Assembly: GCA_951406725.2 (NCBI GenBank)
Contig: OX597816.1
Coordinates: forward strand, 27,032,001 to 27,096,000
Length of the DNA: 64,000 nt
Direction of reading: 5' to 3'
From: Octopus vulgaris
Lineage: Eukaryota
This document shows positions 39,313 through 53,552 of this stretch, piece by piece. Positions within the stretch are counted from its first letter, which is position 1. Every line of letters begins with the position of its first letter. The translations under genes were made by a program, and so were the position numbers. A model generated the notes under the pieces. It was not told where the DNA came from. It worked only from the letters and a program-made list of their open reading frames with translations, and did not search any database.

Positions 39313-39497
39313 ATCTGGCACCTGTGCCGGTGGCACGTAAAAAGCACCCACTACACTCACGGAGTGGTTGGTGTTAGGAAGGGCATCCAGCCGTAGAAGA
39401 ATTGCCAGATCAGACTGGGCCTGGTGCAGCCTTCTGGCTTCCCAGACCCCAGTTGAACCGTCCAACCCATGCTAGCATGGAAAGCGGACGCTAAATA

Positions 39498-39530
<33 letters not shown>
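39313..39530 (+). mobile_element. Family D retroposon
   Basis: Matches the 32498 and 61765 copies; (TGA)n tail. Confidence 0.8.
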
Positions 39531-39751
39531 TATACCTATATAGATATATGTATGTATGCATGTATATATGTCAAGCCTAATCATGTTTATCTGTATCACT
39601 ATCTCCATATCAGTTTGCGTGGCTTTCACTTGCCTCTATGGACCTAGTCCAGGATAAAGAATTCAGGGTTTAAGTTCAATCCATTTGCGCACTACTGCAT
39701 GTTTTCTATACTGAGTGTATCTAACTCTCAGCTATGGCCTTCATAGATACA

Positions 39752-40149
39752 CTAGCAGTATCGCCCGGCGTTGCTTGGGTTTGTAAGGGAAATAACTATA
39801 TAAGCATTTTTAGAGAGTTATAGCCAAAAAATAGCAAAAAAATGCATTAAAAATGGAAAAAAAATGATGGTAATTTTTTTTAAATCGTTGACTCATCGTA
39901 GACATTTTTAGAGTTACTTCCCTTATATAATAGCGAAAAAAATGCATTAAAATGGAAAAAAATGATGGTAAATTTCTTTTTAAATCGTAGACTCATCGTA
40001 GACGTGCGCTAATACCCAGAAGGGCTCGATATGAATCACGACTATAAGATACCCGGTTTTGGTTAAACTGCACCGCAAAATGTGGGAGTAGTTAGGAATC
40101 TAAATCGTAGGAGATAGACAGCACACAACCTCTCTTATATATATAAAGA
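39752..40149 (-). mobile_element. Non-autonomous Helitron
   Basis: Same termini and hairpin as 20170-20597, reversed. Confidence 0.88.
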
Positions 40150-40584
40150 TATGCATATACATACACATGCACATAGACACACACAAAAACACATGCTTGC
40201 ACGTGCGCACACACACACACACGCACTTCTTCCAACATTTCAGGATATCATGCTTCAAGTTGGTACAACTACTCGTATTTTTCTCTTTGTGTTTTCTTGA
40301 TTCTTGATATTAGATATGCATGACATGGAAATTATACGATTTATTTTATTCTTCTCATCAATAACTATAATATCCAACTTGTTGCGTTCTTTTCTTCATT
40401 TGGTTTGTATAGGAAAGATATTTTTGCAGACCTCTATTTCTATTCACACAAAATTTACATAGCTCTTTTCTGTGCATGCAAAAATAAACCTCTTACAAAT
40501 ATTGCAGTGAAAAATTGCCGCAGTCATATTATATGTACACTTTTTGGTGTTCATTCTGAGCAAATTTTGTTTGTTCCTTCTCGA

Positions 40585-40870
40585 GCCATGCCTGGCTCAT
40601 AAGGGCCGGTTTCCCGGTTTCTTGGCGTATAGGTTCTCCACCTGGACGGGACACCGGTCTATCGTAGAAGAGCTGCAAGATGCAGGAGGAAAGAATGAGA
40701 GAAAGTTGTGGCAAAAGAGTCAGCAGAAGTTCGCCATAACCTTCTGCCGGAGCCGCTTGGAGCTTAGGAGCTTCGCTCATAAACACACACATCACTCGGT
40801 CTGAGATTCGAACCCACGATCCCTCGACCGCGAGTCCGCTGCTCTAGCCACTAGGCCATGTGCCTCCACT
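40585..40870 (-). mobile_element. tRNA-derived SINE (family C-type head)
   Basis: Reverse strand GGAGGCACATGGCCTAGTGGCTAGAGCAGCGGACTCGCGG...GGGTTCGAATCTC. Confidence 0.82.
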
Positions 40871-40916
40871 GAGCAAACTTTGAACATTCTTATACCATAT
40901 GAGCTAGAGTATCACC

Positions 40917-42000
40917 TGTACATTTGCATGTCCTTCATTTGGGTGAACAGTCCTACTCAATCCTTTGTTTCTGATTTAGTTCATCTTGAAATCCTCTTAG
41001 GTCTTATTCTTGGTAGAATTTATGGTGGATAACGGGTTACTATCTGTGCTCAAAACCTTTCTGCTCAAAACCCTTCCGATAATCTTTCCTGTAGTTCCTC
41101 TAGGACATTCTAGAACATTCAATGGAATATTCTCAAGAAGCTCTACAGGACATTCTATTCCTATTTCCTTCAACCATTTGCCAATATCATAACGCACAGT
41201 CCCATATGCACCAATTACTTCATGCGCAACCTTCCAGGCACAGTTTCCATTTTCCAAATTCTCACAATTTCAAATTGTAAGGGATTGTATTTTTATCATT
41301 TTTCATTCTCCTTCTACACAATCCTGGAATCAAACAGGGTGGGGTGCTTGATCCTGATCTTCTCTAATATACTGCCACAGCGTCCTCATTCCGTCTTGTA
41401 CATTTGCATGTCCTTCATTTGGGTGAACAGTCCTACTCAATCCTTTGTTTCTGATTCAGTTCATCTTGAAATCCTCTTAGGTCTTATTCTTGGTAGAATT
41501 TATGGTGGATAACGGGTTACTATCTGTGCTCAAAACCTTTCTGCTCAAAACCCTTCCGATAATCTTTCCTGTAGTTCCTCTAGGACATTCTAGAACATTC
41601 ATCGTATTCTTGTGCTATAGCTCTTCCTATTACTTCTGCTTCATTTGCTGACAATGCATTTATATTTACACTTTACTCTAAGTCTTCACTGCAGCCATTT
41701 ATTTCTCTGTTCTCACTGGGCACGTTATCTGTTGGTGAAGTATTATTTCTATTTTCTACTTTCCTTTTTATCTCGTCAACTTCTATGTCTGTTAGCCACT
41801 CTTTTGCACTCATTGCTCTTGCCTGGTCAGCTAATCATTGCTCACTTATGTTTCTAAAATCATCTTTCAATGCTTCTTTCTTGAAGTGTTCTATGTCATC
41901 CCCCAATCTCTTTTGGCTATTTTGAAACACTTAGTAAAGCTGCTTTCCTTCAAAATTTAGTTTCATTTTTTTTTCTTGTCTTATCTTTTGCACTCTACAA
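40917..42000 (-). mobile_element. R4/Dong-like LINE 3' remnant with a ~205-bp local duplication
   Basis: Reverse translation VIGAYGTV...KWLKEIGIECPVELL. 40917-41121 is repeated at 41397-41601. Confidence 0.7.
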
Positions 42001-42211
42001 ACTTTGTATTTATATTCAATACCTGAAAAAGATTTTCTTTTCCTTTTAATGTTTCCTTCTAATGAACGTGTGCTTATCAGCAATACCTTAGTTGTACTAC
42101 AAGTCTATTGCAAGTAAAAATTCCCAGCTTTGCACCCAGAGTATTGGTGAAAGACATGCACAGACATGCACACATATAGATCCATATATATCTATGAAAT
42201 ACATATATAAA

Positions 42212-42324
<113 letters not shown>

Positions 42325-42775
42325 CATTATATATATATATAAAATATATATATACATATACATTATACATATATATATATATAATACATATCATCATCAT
42401 CATCGTTTAACGTCCGTTCTCCATGCTAGCATATATATATAATAATGTACTTTTATATTGTTGAGTAGTGTATTTCTGGTCATAGCATATAACTGGTCAG
42501 AAAGTTACTATTGCACTTGGCAATAGTATATATCTTCTTTGTCATTATCAACATCATCATTATTTCCCCATCTGCTTTCCAATGGTTTGAACAGGTCATC
42601 ACAGTCTGAGTCTGTCCTGGATGGATGAGAGTGTCACATGCCTGCATTTTTGCCATGGCTTATACAGCTGGACACCCTTCATAACACCTAGCCACAGTGC
42701 AGGGTGTATTAGTCACAATTACTGCACCAGTACCTGTAAAGTTGCCTTGTTTAGAGGAAGAATAGAAGAAGGGTG

Positions 42776-43594
42776 GGATCTTTTCGGTTTGAACGGCAGT
42801 TTTTAACATAATTTCTAGGTAACTAAAAAATCTTAAACTTCGTATACTGGTAGAATGTGTTTATAAAACGTCTTTTTCTCTTGGCTTTATTGAGAAAATT
42901 CTATAGTTTGTAAGATATTTACTCTTTACTCTTTTTTACTTGTTTCAGTCATTTGACTGTGGCCATGCTGGAGCACCACCTTTAGTCAAGCAAATCGACC
43001 CCGGGACTTATTCTTTTGTAAGCCCAGTACTTATTCTATCGGTCTCTTTTGCTGAACCGCTAAGTGACGGGGACATAAACACACCAGCATCGGTTGTCAA
43101 GCAATGCTAGGGGGACAAACACAGACACACAAACACACACATATATATATACATATATACGACAGGCTTCTTTCAGTTTCTGTCTACCAAATCCACTCAC
43201 AAGGCTTTGGTCGGCGCGAGGCTATAGTAGAAGACACTTGCCCAAGGTGCCACACAGTGGGACTGGACCCGGAACCATGTGGTTGGTAAGCAAGCTACTT
43301 ACCACACATCCACTCCTACGCCTATTTGTTGTTTTTTTTCTTCAATTTCTGCAATTTCAACCAATCGGTGACGTCTATTGAGTTAAAAAAGCATTCTGTG
43401 CCGTATGAATATGTCCCCTCGTTTAAGAAACAGATTGGGTTTATTTACATTTGTGAAGAAAAAAAGATACCCTGCCCCCACCCCTAACCCTAAAAGAGAT
43501 TGAAATGCAATAGATTGATTCTAGGGTTGTAATTATGAGTGACAATTTCATATGACACTGCTAGAAAAAATTGCCGTTCAAACCGAAAAGATCC
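42776..43594. mobile_element. Merlin-like MITE with 8-bp TSD GAAGGGTG, containing a nested family A SINE (42921-43323)
   Basis: TIRs GGATCTTTTCGGTTTGAACGGCA...; TSD at 42768-42775 and 43595-43602. GG termini with an 8-bp TSD fit Merlin. Confidence 0.85.
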
Positions 43595-43790
43595 GAAGGG
43601 TGATGATGGTAACGGAGCTTAGGTGAGATAATGAGAGAAGCAGCTGTATAATAAAGAAACAAAGTCATTAGAGTGAGAGTAAGGGGGAAAGTAATAGAAG
43701 AGAGTGCAATGGATGAAGTAATTGAAGAGAAACAGTAAAGTTTCTGGTTGCTGGAAGAAAGGCAGTTTTGGCATCTATGTGTTTGGTGGT

Positions 43791-44205
43791 AAGGCAGTGA
43801 GCTGGCAGAAACGTTAGCACACCGTGCGAAATGCTTAGTGGTATTTCGTCTGCTACTACGTTCTGGGTTCAAATTGCGCCAAGGTCGACTTTGCTTTTCA
43901 TCCTTTCGGGGTCGATTAAATAAGTACCGGTTACGCACTGGGGTCGATATAATTGACTTAATCCGTTTGTCTGTCCTTGCTTGTCCTCTCTGTGTTTAGC
44001 CCCTTGTGGGTAATAAAGAAATAGGTATTTCGTCTGCCGCTACGTTCTAAGTTCAAATTCCGCCGAGGTTGACTTTGCCTTTCATCCTTTCGGGGTCGAT
44101 TAAATAAGTACCAGTTACGCACTGGGTCGATATTGACTTAATCCGTTTGTCTGTCCTTGCTTGTCCCCTCTGTGTTTAGCCCCTTGTGGGTAGTAAAGAA
44201 ATAGG
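43791..44205 (+). mobile_element. Family B SINE tandem dimer
   Basis: The core and tail are repeated twice. Confidence 0.87.
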
Positions 44206-44605
44206 TAAGAGAGTGAGTGATTGATGAATAGTGGTAGAAGAGGTGTGATGGTAAAGAGAAGAAAGCCGTATGTCATTCATAAGTAAGCTTGGGAAAAAGG
44301 GGCTAATGATTAACAAATATGTAGTGGTGAAGAGAAAGATTCCTTTATTCACACCGCATGATGTTGTGATGGAAGAAAGAATGAGAGAAAAAGAAAAGGA
44401 AGAGTTGAAGGATAAGAATATGGGAGCAGAACAGTGAGAAATCTAGTACTAGGCATTGTTATATTGTCAACATAGTACAATGGATATGAAATGTTGAGTA
44501 GAAAAGGATGAGCATCATTATCCCACATTTTAGCATTCTCTTTGACATGCTTGCTTGGAATGGCAGGTCTTCTCTAACACTGAGTGTAACCAATCATTGG
44601 ATTAA

Positions 44606-44822
44606 CCTTTTTGATACCAACCCAGCTGAAACTGCCTCTGGCTCTGTAGTACAAATGTCTTGTTTTCATAAGTTTTGAATTAAAATCTTCCACCAAACAT
44701 TAGTCACAATTTATGTTCCTAACACTTAATGATAACAAAGTTATTTTACTAAATTCTTTTTATATTTAAAATTAATTAAAAGAAACACAGAGCATCTCAA
44801 AATAAATACAGTAATGAAAGGG
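44606..44822. mobile_element. piggyBac-like MITE
   Basis: TTAA at 44602-44605 and 44823-44826; termini CCTTTT.../...AAAGGG. Confidence 0.6.
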
Positions 44823-45065
44823 TTAAATTATCAGTCAGTACTTTGCAAAGTGGTTCATAAGTGCAACAAAGTGTTAGAGAAGACCAGTGCACTGTTGTGG
44901 TGTTGGCAAATGGGCTTGTTCTTAATACAAGATAAATATAATAAATGTGAGGGTGAGATATTCAAATTGTGTTTTTTTAGAGGTGACCCATAGCATCAGT
45001 ATACCAGATGTATCAGATTCCTGCCAGATTCATAACATAGAACATTCCATAAATAAAATAAATAA

Positions 45066-45140
<75 letters not shown>

Positions 45141-46226
45141 CTCACGTTCACATGTATATATATATTTGGAGAATGCATACATGGGTAGATTTATATACAC
45201 AAATAAATTGATGCCTTCTCTTTTTTTTTTGTTATCTTTTTATTTGTTTCCGTCATCAGACTGCTTCCATGCTGGGGCTCTGCCTTGAAGAATTTTTACT
45301 CAAAGGAATCAACTTCAGTACATTGTTTTTAAAAATCTGGTATTGATTCTATCAGTCTCTTTTGCTGAACCATTAAGTTAGAGGAATGTGAACACTAATA
45401 TTGGTTGTCAAGCAGTGGTAGGGAACAAACACAGACACACACACAGAAACACACACACACACACAGAAAATCACCCTACTGTTGATGTTGAAATTTCAAT
45501 GAAGGAACCTTGGATCTAGGTTAGAAACTGATTCTTTCTCTATTGGCATGAAAACCTGAAGAAAAACTGAATAACGACATACATAATTGCATTTACACAA
45601 TGGACTTCTACATAGTTTTTGCCTACCAAATTCTCTAACAACTCATTGATCTCCCCAGAGCTATATTAGAAAACTCATGCCCAAGTGGGACTGAACCCAA
45701 AACCCCATGGCAGGAAAGCAAACTTATTAATCATCATCATTATTCTCACCATCATTTTTCATTCACCCATTCGCTTTCAATTCTACCTTGAGTACGATAA
45801 ATTGTGGCAGTCTGTGCCACTTGTTATTTGGAACTATTTCTCTTCCAGATGCACGAAAATGTCCTGGCTTTAAGGGAATCGAGAAAGGCCTGGCTGGAGG
45901 TCCAATCTTCCAAGTTCTATTACAGGGCTTAGAAAAATTGAAGGATCACTTCAATAAGTGAGTGAATCTGAGAGGGGATAATGTTGAATAAAATCATACT
46001 TAACTGATCCACCTGTAATTTTTTTTAGCCAAAGCCACAAACTTTTCAGCACTTCCTTGTATTGGGAAGCCATGTTTTGGTTGTGCTTTTTACTTTGGAA
46101 TGGTTCTTAGAACTGGATACCCTTCTAAACACAATCCACTTTATAGGCTGCACTTGGTACATCTTGTTGTGTTGCTAAGAACAAAGAAGTTATTTTATCC
46201 TGAGCAATACATATGTGCAATACATA

Positions 46227-47074
46227 CAGGGTAGCTCAAAAGTCACAGAAGGGTCTAAAAGTTTAATAAATTTGTTTTAATTACTTGTTTTTATTTGTAA
46301 TTCACAAAATGTGACTCTTCACTCCTAATGTATTACCAGCCATTCACTACAACATCTGACTGTGTTCAGATTGTCTTTGCACAGGGGCCATCCGGACTCC
46401 CGCCTTTGCCATGAACAGGAATTAATCTTCTCTCTTCACTCATTTGCACCACATGGGCTCAACTCCCCTCCTCTCTTCATCTGACACCTACTTCTTCCCT
46501 TCACTCCTACCCACCTCTTCTCTCTTCCTTTGACACCTACTTCCTCCCTTCACTCTTACCTACTTTCTCTCTTCATTGATACCCTTCCATTCCCATCCCT
46601 CCTCACCCCCTCCATCCCACCACACATCTCCACTCCACACACACTAGCACTGACCACTTCCCAGCACCCACACCATACACCATAATCTGCACACTCATAC
46701 ACCATCATCCGTGCACACACACATGTACACATCTAGAAGTCAAAGTCACTAGCCCCTATCCACACAAATACACTTACACAGTCTCACATACACGCACACA
46801 CACGAGCACCTTCGTTTTGGGATCATCAATACTTTATTATCTTCCCTTCTTGCTACGCCTCTTGCCAAACCATTTTCCCCCAACCAGTTGCCATGCTTGA
46901 TTGCTAAATCTACAAGTTTTTTTTAATTCTCTCTGTTTATTTTCTCGTATTCCTTTCTGTTGAAAAGCATATGCTCGGAACATGAAAGACTTTCTCACTT
47001 TTCCAAGTGTCAAACTAATACACCTGATTGTTGTTCATACACCTGTCTTTGTCTTTCGTTTTTCTGTAAATTTC

Positions 47075-47159
<85 letters not shown>

Positions 47160-47160
47160 C

Positions 47161-47209
<49 letters not shown>

Positions 47210-47301
47210 CATACGTATAAAAATATATATTTATATATATATATATAAATTATATACATATGCATATATACATATGTATATGAATATACATACATCTATA
47301 C

Positions 47302-47399
<98 letters not shown>

Positions 47400-47503
47400 G
47401 TATATATGCATATATATATATATTATTTATTTTATTATATGATTGAACACCATGCATCCTCTTCCAAGTAAGTTTTATCTATCTATCTATCTATCTATCT
47501 ATG

Positions 47504-47598
<95 letters not shown>

Positions 47599-47601
47599 TA
47601 T

Positions 47602-47632
<31 letters not shown>

Positions 47633-47721
47633 CATACATATTGTGTGTGGTGTTAAGTCATCGTAAATTTAAAACAGCATAAATGAATTATTAACACCTT
47701 TGTGACTTTTGGGCTACCCTA
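46227..47721. mobile_element. Tc1/mariner-type TIR element with a nested PLE-like 3' fragment and microsatellites
   Basis: TA|CAGGGTAGCTCAAAAGTCACA ... TGTGACTTTTGGGCTACCCTA|TA. Confidence 0.72.
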
Positions 47722-48386
47722 TATATAGGATATAGGCCTTTTTTCAGTTTTTGTTTACCATATTCACTCACAAGGCTTTGGTCAGCCCAGCGTTATAGCA
47801 GATGCTGTCCCAAGATGCCACACACTTGAGCTACCACTAAGTAGCTCTCTTGTTACCTTGTAGGAGCTTTGTGTGGTGGTAGTAGTGGTGGTGGTGGTGG
47901 TGGAAGCAGTGCCAGTGGTGTAGGTTATGATGAGTCTGACATCCCCATCTACTAGGTTTCTGTTACAGTTTGTCTTTGATATATAATTAGCAATGGTTTA
48001 CCATTCTCTTCTGTCTCCCTAAATAACTTACATAATATGGAATAACATAATGTTTATGGGAATATTTGGGAAGAAATTCTGACAATTACCTGAAGCATGT
48101 TCATTGTGTCAGAACCAGCAACACATATTCTTTAAGAATGCAACTGTTATAAACACCCAAAAGTTCTTCATTTGCAGAAATGCTCAGACACCAAGCGCTA
48201 TATTTTATAAATAGCATCGTGACTATCTCTGCCCATATTACATGCTAATATGGATCATTTCCAGAATTGTGGTTGCAATTACCATTTTTTAGTTTATTTT
48301 TTTCTTTTTCAATTAGTTAAAATAAATACATTGTTAATAATGGAAAATTATATTAAAATCTAAAAGGATGTTTTCTGAAAGAGATT

Positions 48387-48596
48387 TACTCTCTTTTACT
48401 TTTTTATTTGTTTCAGTCATTTGACTGCGGCCATGCTGGAGCATCGCCTTTAGTCGAGCAAGTCGACCCCGGGACTTATTCTTCTATCAGTCTCTTTTGC
48501 CGAACCGCTAAGTGACGGGGACGTAAACACACCAGCATCGGTTGTCAAGCAATGCTAGGGGGACAAACACAGACACACAAACACGTACACACACAC

Positions 48597-48645
<49 letters not shown>

Positions 48646-48817
48646 CATATATATGACAGGCTTCTTTCAGTTTCCGTCTACCAAATCCACTCACAAGGCA
48701 TTGGTCGGCCCGAGGTTATAGCAGAAGACACTTGCCCAAGATGCCATGCAGTGGGACTGAACCCGGAACCATGTGGCTGGTTAGCAAGCTACTTACCACA
48801 CAGCCACTCCTGCACCT
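48387..48817 (-). mobile_element. SINE family A
   Basis: Full-length match. Confidence 0.9.
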
Positions 48818-49889
48818 ATTGGCTGTATTTTATTATTTTTATTTTATTTAGTTTCACCTCACAAGCTGTGGCCATGCTGGGGCACCGCCATTAGTATGGT
48901 TAAGAAGCTCGCTTAACAGCCACATTGTTTTGGCTTTCGTGCCACTGTATGGCACCTTGGGCAAGTGTCTTCCTCTATAACCCTGAGCCACTAATGCATT
49001 GTAAGTGAATTTGGTAAATGGAAACTGTGGGCAAGCTTGTTTTACTTATTTATTTATTTATAAATATGTATGTCATAAAGTACGTATGTATGTATGTGTG
49101 TACTTTATGATACAAACATACTTGATGACAAGAACGAACTGAAATGAAATCAAAAGCATGAGCTTGAAGCAGCCATTTTTGCATGTATCATTCACAAAGA
49201 TTTTTAAGCAAAAGAATGTAAAGCATTTCCTTCCAGTGTTCATTTCATACAACGGTGGGCTGACTATGATGGAGTGATGCTAAAGCTGTAAAATTCTGCA
49301 GCTATTGATAACTGCATTTTTCTTTCTGGGCAAACTGACATCTGACTGTTCAAAGAAGACTTCTAAAAAAAGTTGGATGCAACTTTAGTAAATAATGAAC
49401 AGAAATGTGGAATAAAAGTAGGAAAAAGAAATGTTAGTAAAAAGAAATGTTAACTTATCTGTATGGTAATTTTCATTCAGAAAATATACAACCTCATCAT
49501 CAAAATTTCAAAGCTGTGAGTTAATGTAAGATTTATTGAAAACAATGTGAATAAATAAGCATTACATTTGACAGAATAATCTAAATACTAAAGGACCAAG
49601 CAGACTACAGCTTTGCTTGTTACAATGGAAACAGACACCAATACATGCATGGTTTTTGATTGGCTACAATTACCCAAGATTTGCAAACTTGAAAAGTTAT
49701 TAACTTTTTATTTATTAATTTATGACAAAAATAAATTTCCTTTTCATAACTAGCATACAAAACTGAATCAGTACACCAAATTTGTAAAACAATTGGAACA
49801 AAATTAAAAAAAAAAGAAAATGTAGCAGCAACATAAAAGATCATATATATATATATATACACATCCCCCAACCTACACATCCTCTCAGA

Positions 49890-52280
49890 CAAAACAAAGA
49901 AGATTTATGCAGCAAATACTCCCATATACAATGATGCAAGCACAGAGGCAAAGAAACTAGCCACCTGCCTTAATATAGAGGATTGTGTATGTACTGCCTT
50001 GCTACATGACCCCCACCCCATATTACACTTAAGGACCATAAAACCAATCCCAAATGCAGGCTGATCAACCCATCCAAAAGCAAGATAGGTATCATTAGTA
50101 AGCATATTCTCGGTACTATCAACTCCAATATCAGAAAGGTTACAGGGTTGACTCAGTGGAACTCCAGTGCAATCATGATTGACTGGTTCCACAGTATCAA
50201 GAATAAATCAACCTGCAGATTCACCCAGTTCAATATTGTCAGCTTCTACTCTTCCCTATCTAAACCCCTCCTCCTGAAGGCCCTAACTTTTTCTGAGCAT
50301 TACACCAGCATAAGTGATCTTGATATCAGAATTATCATGAATGTCAGAAAGTCAATTCTGATCCATGGTGATTCCTTCTATGTGAAGAAAGAAGGTGATC
50401 TATTGTTTGATGTTTCTATGGGGAGATTCAATGGTGTTTAAATCTCCAATCTCGTTGGGTTATACATCATTGATATTTTCAAGAGATGTACCCATCCACA
50501 AAGGTCAGCCCTCTATAGGGGTGATAGCTTGACTATCTCAAACCATATGAACAACAACACCATGGACAGGTTCAGGAAGAACTTGATTGATATATTCAAG
50601 GAGTTCGGCCCGTCTATAACAGCACCAACCAGACTACAGTCGATTTCTTGGATGTAACCTTAGACCTGAACACGGGCAAGTATTATTCCTACAAGAAGCC
50701 TCATGAGGAAATGGTATACATCCACAAGAGCTCACCTCCACCCACCTCTACTGTAATTAGAAACCTGGTTTCAGGCATTAGCAAATGGATATCTAACTTC
50801 TCAGCCAACAGGGAGATCTTTAATAGGGCTGTGCCCCCACTAGAACGATGCTTTTGGCTAAGAGCAAGTTTACTGAGAAGCTCACATATGTGGACGATCC
50901 CTAAACCCCCCCTCCTCACCCCAAGACGATTAAGAAAAGGAAAATTATCTGGTATAACCTCCCTTTCAACCCATTAGTTTAGAATGTAGCTAGGGGCTCC
51001 TTGTTGTTAAGAAACACTACCCCAGAGGCCACGAGTATTACAAATTCTTCAACCCCCATAAAATTAAGGTAAGCTATTCTTGCTTAAACAACATTGCATC
51101 TAACATCATATGCATCAACAGATGTAAAAATGCACCTGCCCAATCCCAACTCCCACCTGCAACTTCCAAAACCTCACCACCTGCCCTCTAGAAGGATCCT
51201 TCCTCTCAAAGGCCGTAGTTTATAGAACTACTCTTACACCATCCGGTGCCATCACTAGGCACTATACAAGTATGACAGTTAATGACTTCAAGGGAAGATA
51301 CTGCCAACATATGCACTCGTTCAGATACAGGGATAGAGAGAACTCTACTTCCCTGTCTCACTTTTTCTAGAGACTCCATAACCTCTGAGACGAAACACCC
51401 TGTATCAAGTGGACTATTGTCTACAGAGTACCACTATATTCACCCTGCACCCGTGATTGCCAGCTCTGCCTCCGTGAAAAACTGCATAACCTCCCCCAAC
51501 CTGCAGTTTCTATCAACAAGAAATATGATCTATCTTATTGCTGTCACCAGAGGTATACCCTTCTGACAAATTTCATGCCACTGGCCACTGACAGTTTAGG
51601 TGTATCACCTTAGTACCAGCTCTTACCCCGCACTGCTTGCACCAAGGTCACTGTCATCACCAATGCCCATGAGCAGGACTGCCAAATATCAATCCCCAAT
51701 GCTTGTTACACGCATATGCACTCATACACACACATGCATACATATGCATGTGCACACAAATATACATGTATACATATAAATTAATATACATGTATGTGTA
51801 TATATATGCATGTATGTACATATATATATGCACACACATGTATATATACATATATGTGTGTATATGTATGTGTGCACACAAGCCCTTGTGTACACATATT
51901 CATTTATATATGTATATGTGGGGAGGGGCATGTGCATGCACACCTATGCACACATACGCATGCTCACATAAATACAGACGTACACACACAACCATATAAG
52001 CACATATACACATATATACTTGCAAACATTATTCCTTCCTACCTCCCCTCCAACCATGTGACCGATTCCTGTCCACCACACGGTCAATTTCCTGTTCACC
52101 ATGCAGTATTTTCTAAGTAGCTATTGTCGCTGATATACCAGCACCAAACCATGGCACTGTGAGACCTTCCTTGACCATTCACAGCCCACCTTATGGGAAT
52201 AACAATCAACTTTCTTCAACTTCACTCATTCAAATTCCCAATAACTGACGATTAGCATCACGCTTGAAAATCAGAGTACC
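49890..52280 (+). mobile_element. Decayed Penelope-like element (RT, GIY-YIG, 3' region)
   Basis: QWNSSAIMIDWF...FTQFNIVSFYSSLSKPLLLKAL...FDVSMGRFNG and DFLDVTLDLNTGKYYSYKKP, with many frameshifts. Hammerhead-like remnant at the 3' end. Confidence 0.85.
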
Positions 52281-52339
52281 AACGAATTTGAATCAAAATG
52301 TTTTGATTCATATATATATATATATATAATTTTGTTGTT

Positions 52340-52866
52340 ATTATTATTATTGGGTGAGAGAGCAATGCATGCCACCAAAGTAGCACTGGGGTACAAATAT
52401 ACGAAGCTCAATATACCCATCATGACTCCCCATCTGATAAGGGTATACCAGGCACATGCATCAAAACCATATGAGCACAACATGGTGATCTTATATCAAG
52501 ATTAACAGTGCATGACCTTGCAAGTGGGGTCCAATTAGAATTTTCTTCAGGTTGAGTAGCCCATCCCACTCAAAAGATCCCTGAATAAAGTTTGTTTAAG
52601 GAATTATTCAAACTCCAAAGAAGTCCACTCAACACATGGTTATGATATTTCCCCACTACTTCTGCTCGTGATCAGAGATGCACATATCGTCAGCCACTGA
52701 GGGACATGCTCAACTGGTTAAGATCAAACAACAGACAAGTAAATCTGTGGTATTGAGCAGAATATTTGTTGTAGCGCATCTTTTATACCAAGACTCAAAA
52801 ATGTACATGATAACACTTCCAATCAGTTATGATTGAAAGCCATAAGAGTCAGTACCTGGTACTGCA

Positions 52867-52868
<2 letters not shown>
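52340..52868 (-). mobile_element. Homologue of the 13392-13972 retroposon, flanked by (TAA)n
   Basis: Reverse-complement similarity along its length. Confidence 0.78.
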
Positions 52869-52927
<59 letters not shown>

Positions 52928-53519
52928 GCTTTTTCCTTCTTTCTTCAAATTTTCTTCCATTTCTCGCCGAGTGTTTTCCATACACCTTGGGCAGAGAAGC
53001 TCATTGTATGCATTCCCAGATTACACACGCAAATTCACAGATAAAATATGTACTTAGAAATTAATAAATAAATAAATTCATGGATGGATGTTGTTTTCAC
53101 AGCAATAATGCTCTTCTCAGTACATGAGTAATTCTAGTTAATACGATTTTTTGCACTTCCTGTAGGGATGGTAAGCCTGGAATAATTTTCAAATAGGTTT
53201 CAGTACCTATTTTTTATCATCCCTAGAGATTCTACAATCACTGGTACTGTAGTCGCCTTGACATGCCACATTTTTTCAATTTCTATTAGCAAGTCTTTCT
53301 ATTTACTAATCTTGTCAAATTCTTTCGCCGCTATATTGTCATCGAAAGGAATACTCATGTCAATTAATAAACACATCTTTTTTGTCTGATCTTTTATAAT
53401 AATATCCGGTTTATTAGCTTTTATAGTCTTGTCGGTCTGAACGGGGAAGTCCCATAGAATTGACACATTTTCTCCCTCATTCACAGCTTCAGGTTGGTGT
53501 TTATACCATTTGTCAGCGG

Positions 53520-53520
<1 letters not shown>
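52928..53520 (-). mobile_element. 5'-truncated R4/Dong-like LINE inserted in (TAA)n
   Basis: KWYKHQPEAVNEGENVSILWDFPVQTDKTIKANKPDIIIKD...CLLIDMSIP...KEFDKISK; (TTA)n on both sides. Confidence 0.88.

Positions 53521-53552
<32 letters not shown>

Noticed and set aside
46951-46990. Hammerhead-like TTGAAAAGCATATGCTCGGAACATG
   Set aside because: Both catalytic boxes are mutated, so it is too degenerate to call.
48060-48290. Unique sequence with a minus-strand donor CAG|GTAATT as a coding exon
   Set aside because: No recognisable protein motif or convincing acceptor, and the frames read contain stops.
52241-52280. Hammerhead at the PLE 3' end (CTGACGA...GAAA...GTA)
   Set aside because: The core boxes are present, but stem II is only 3 bp and stem I does not pair. 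Noted only as a remnant.
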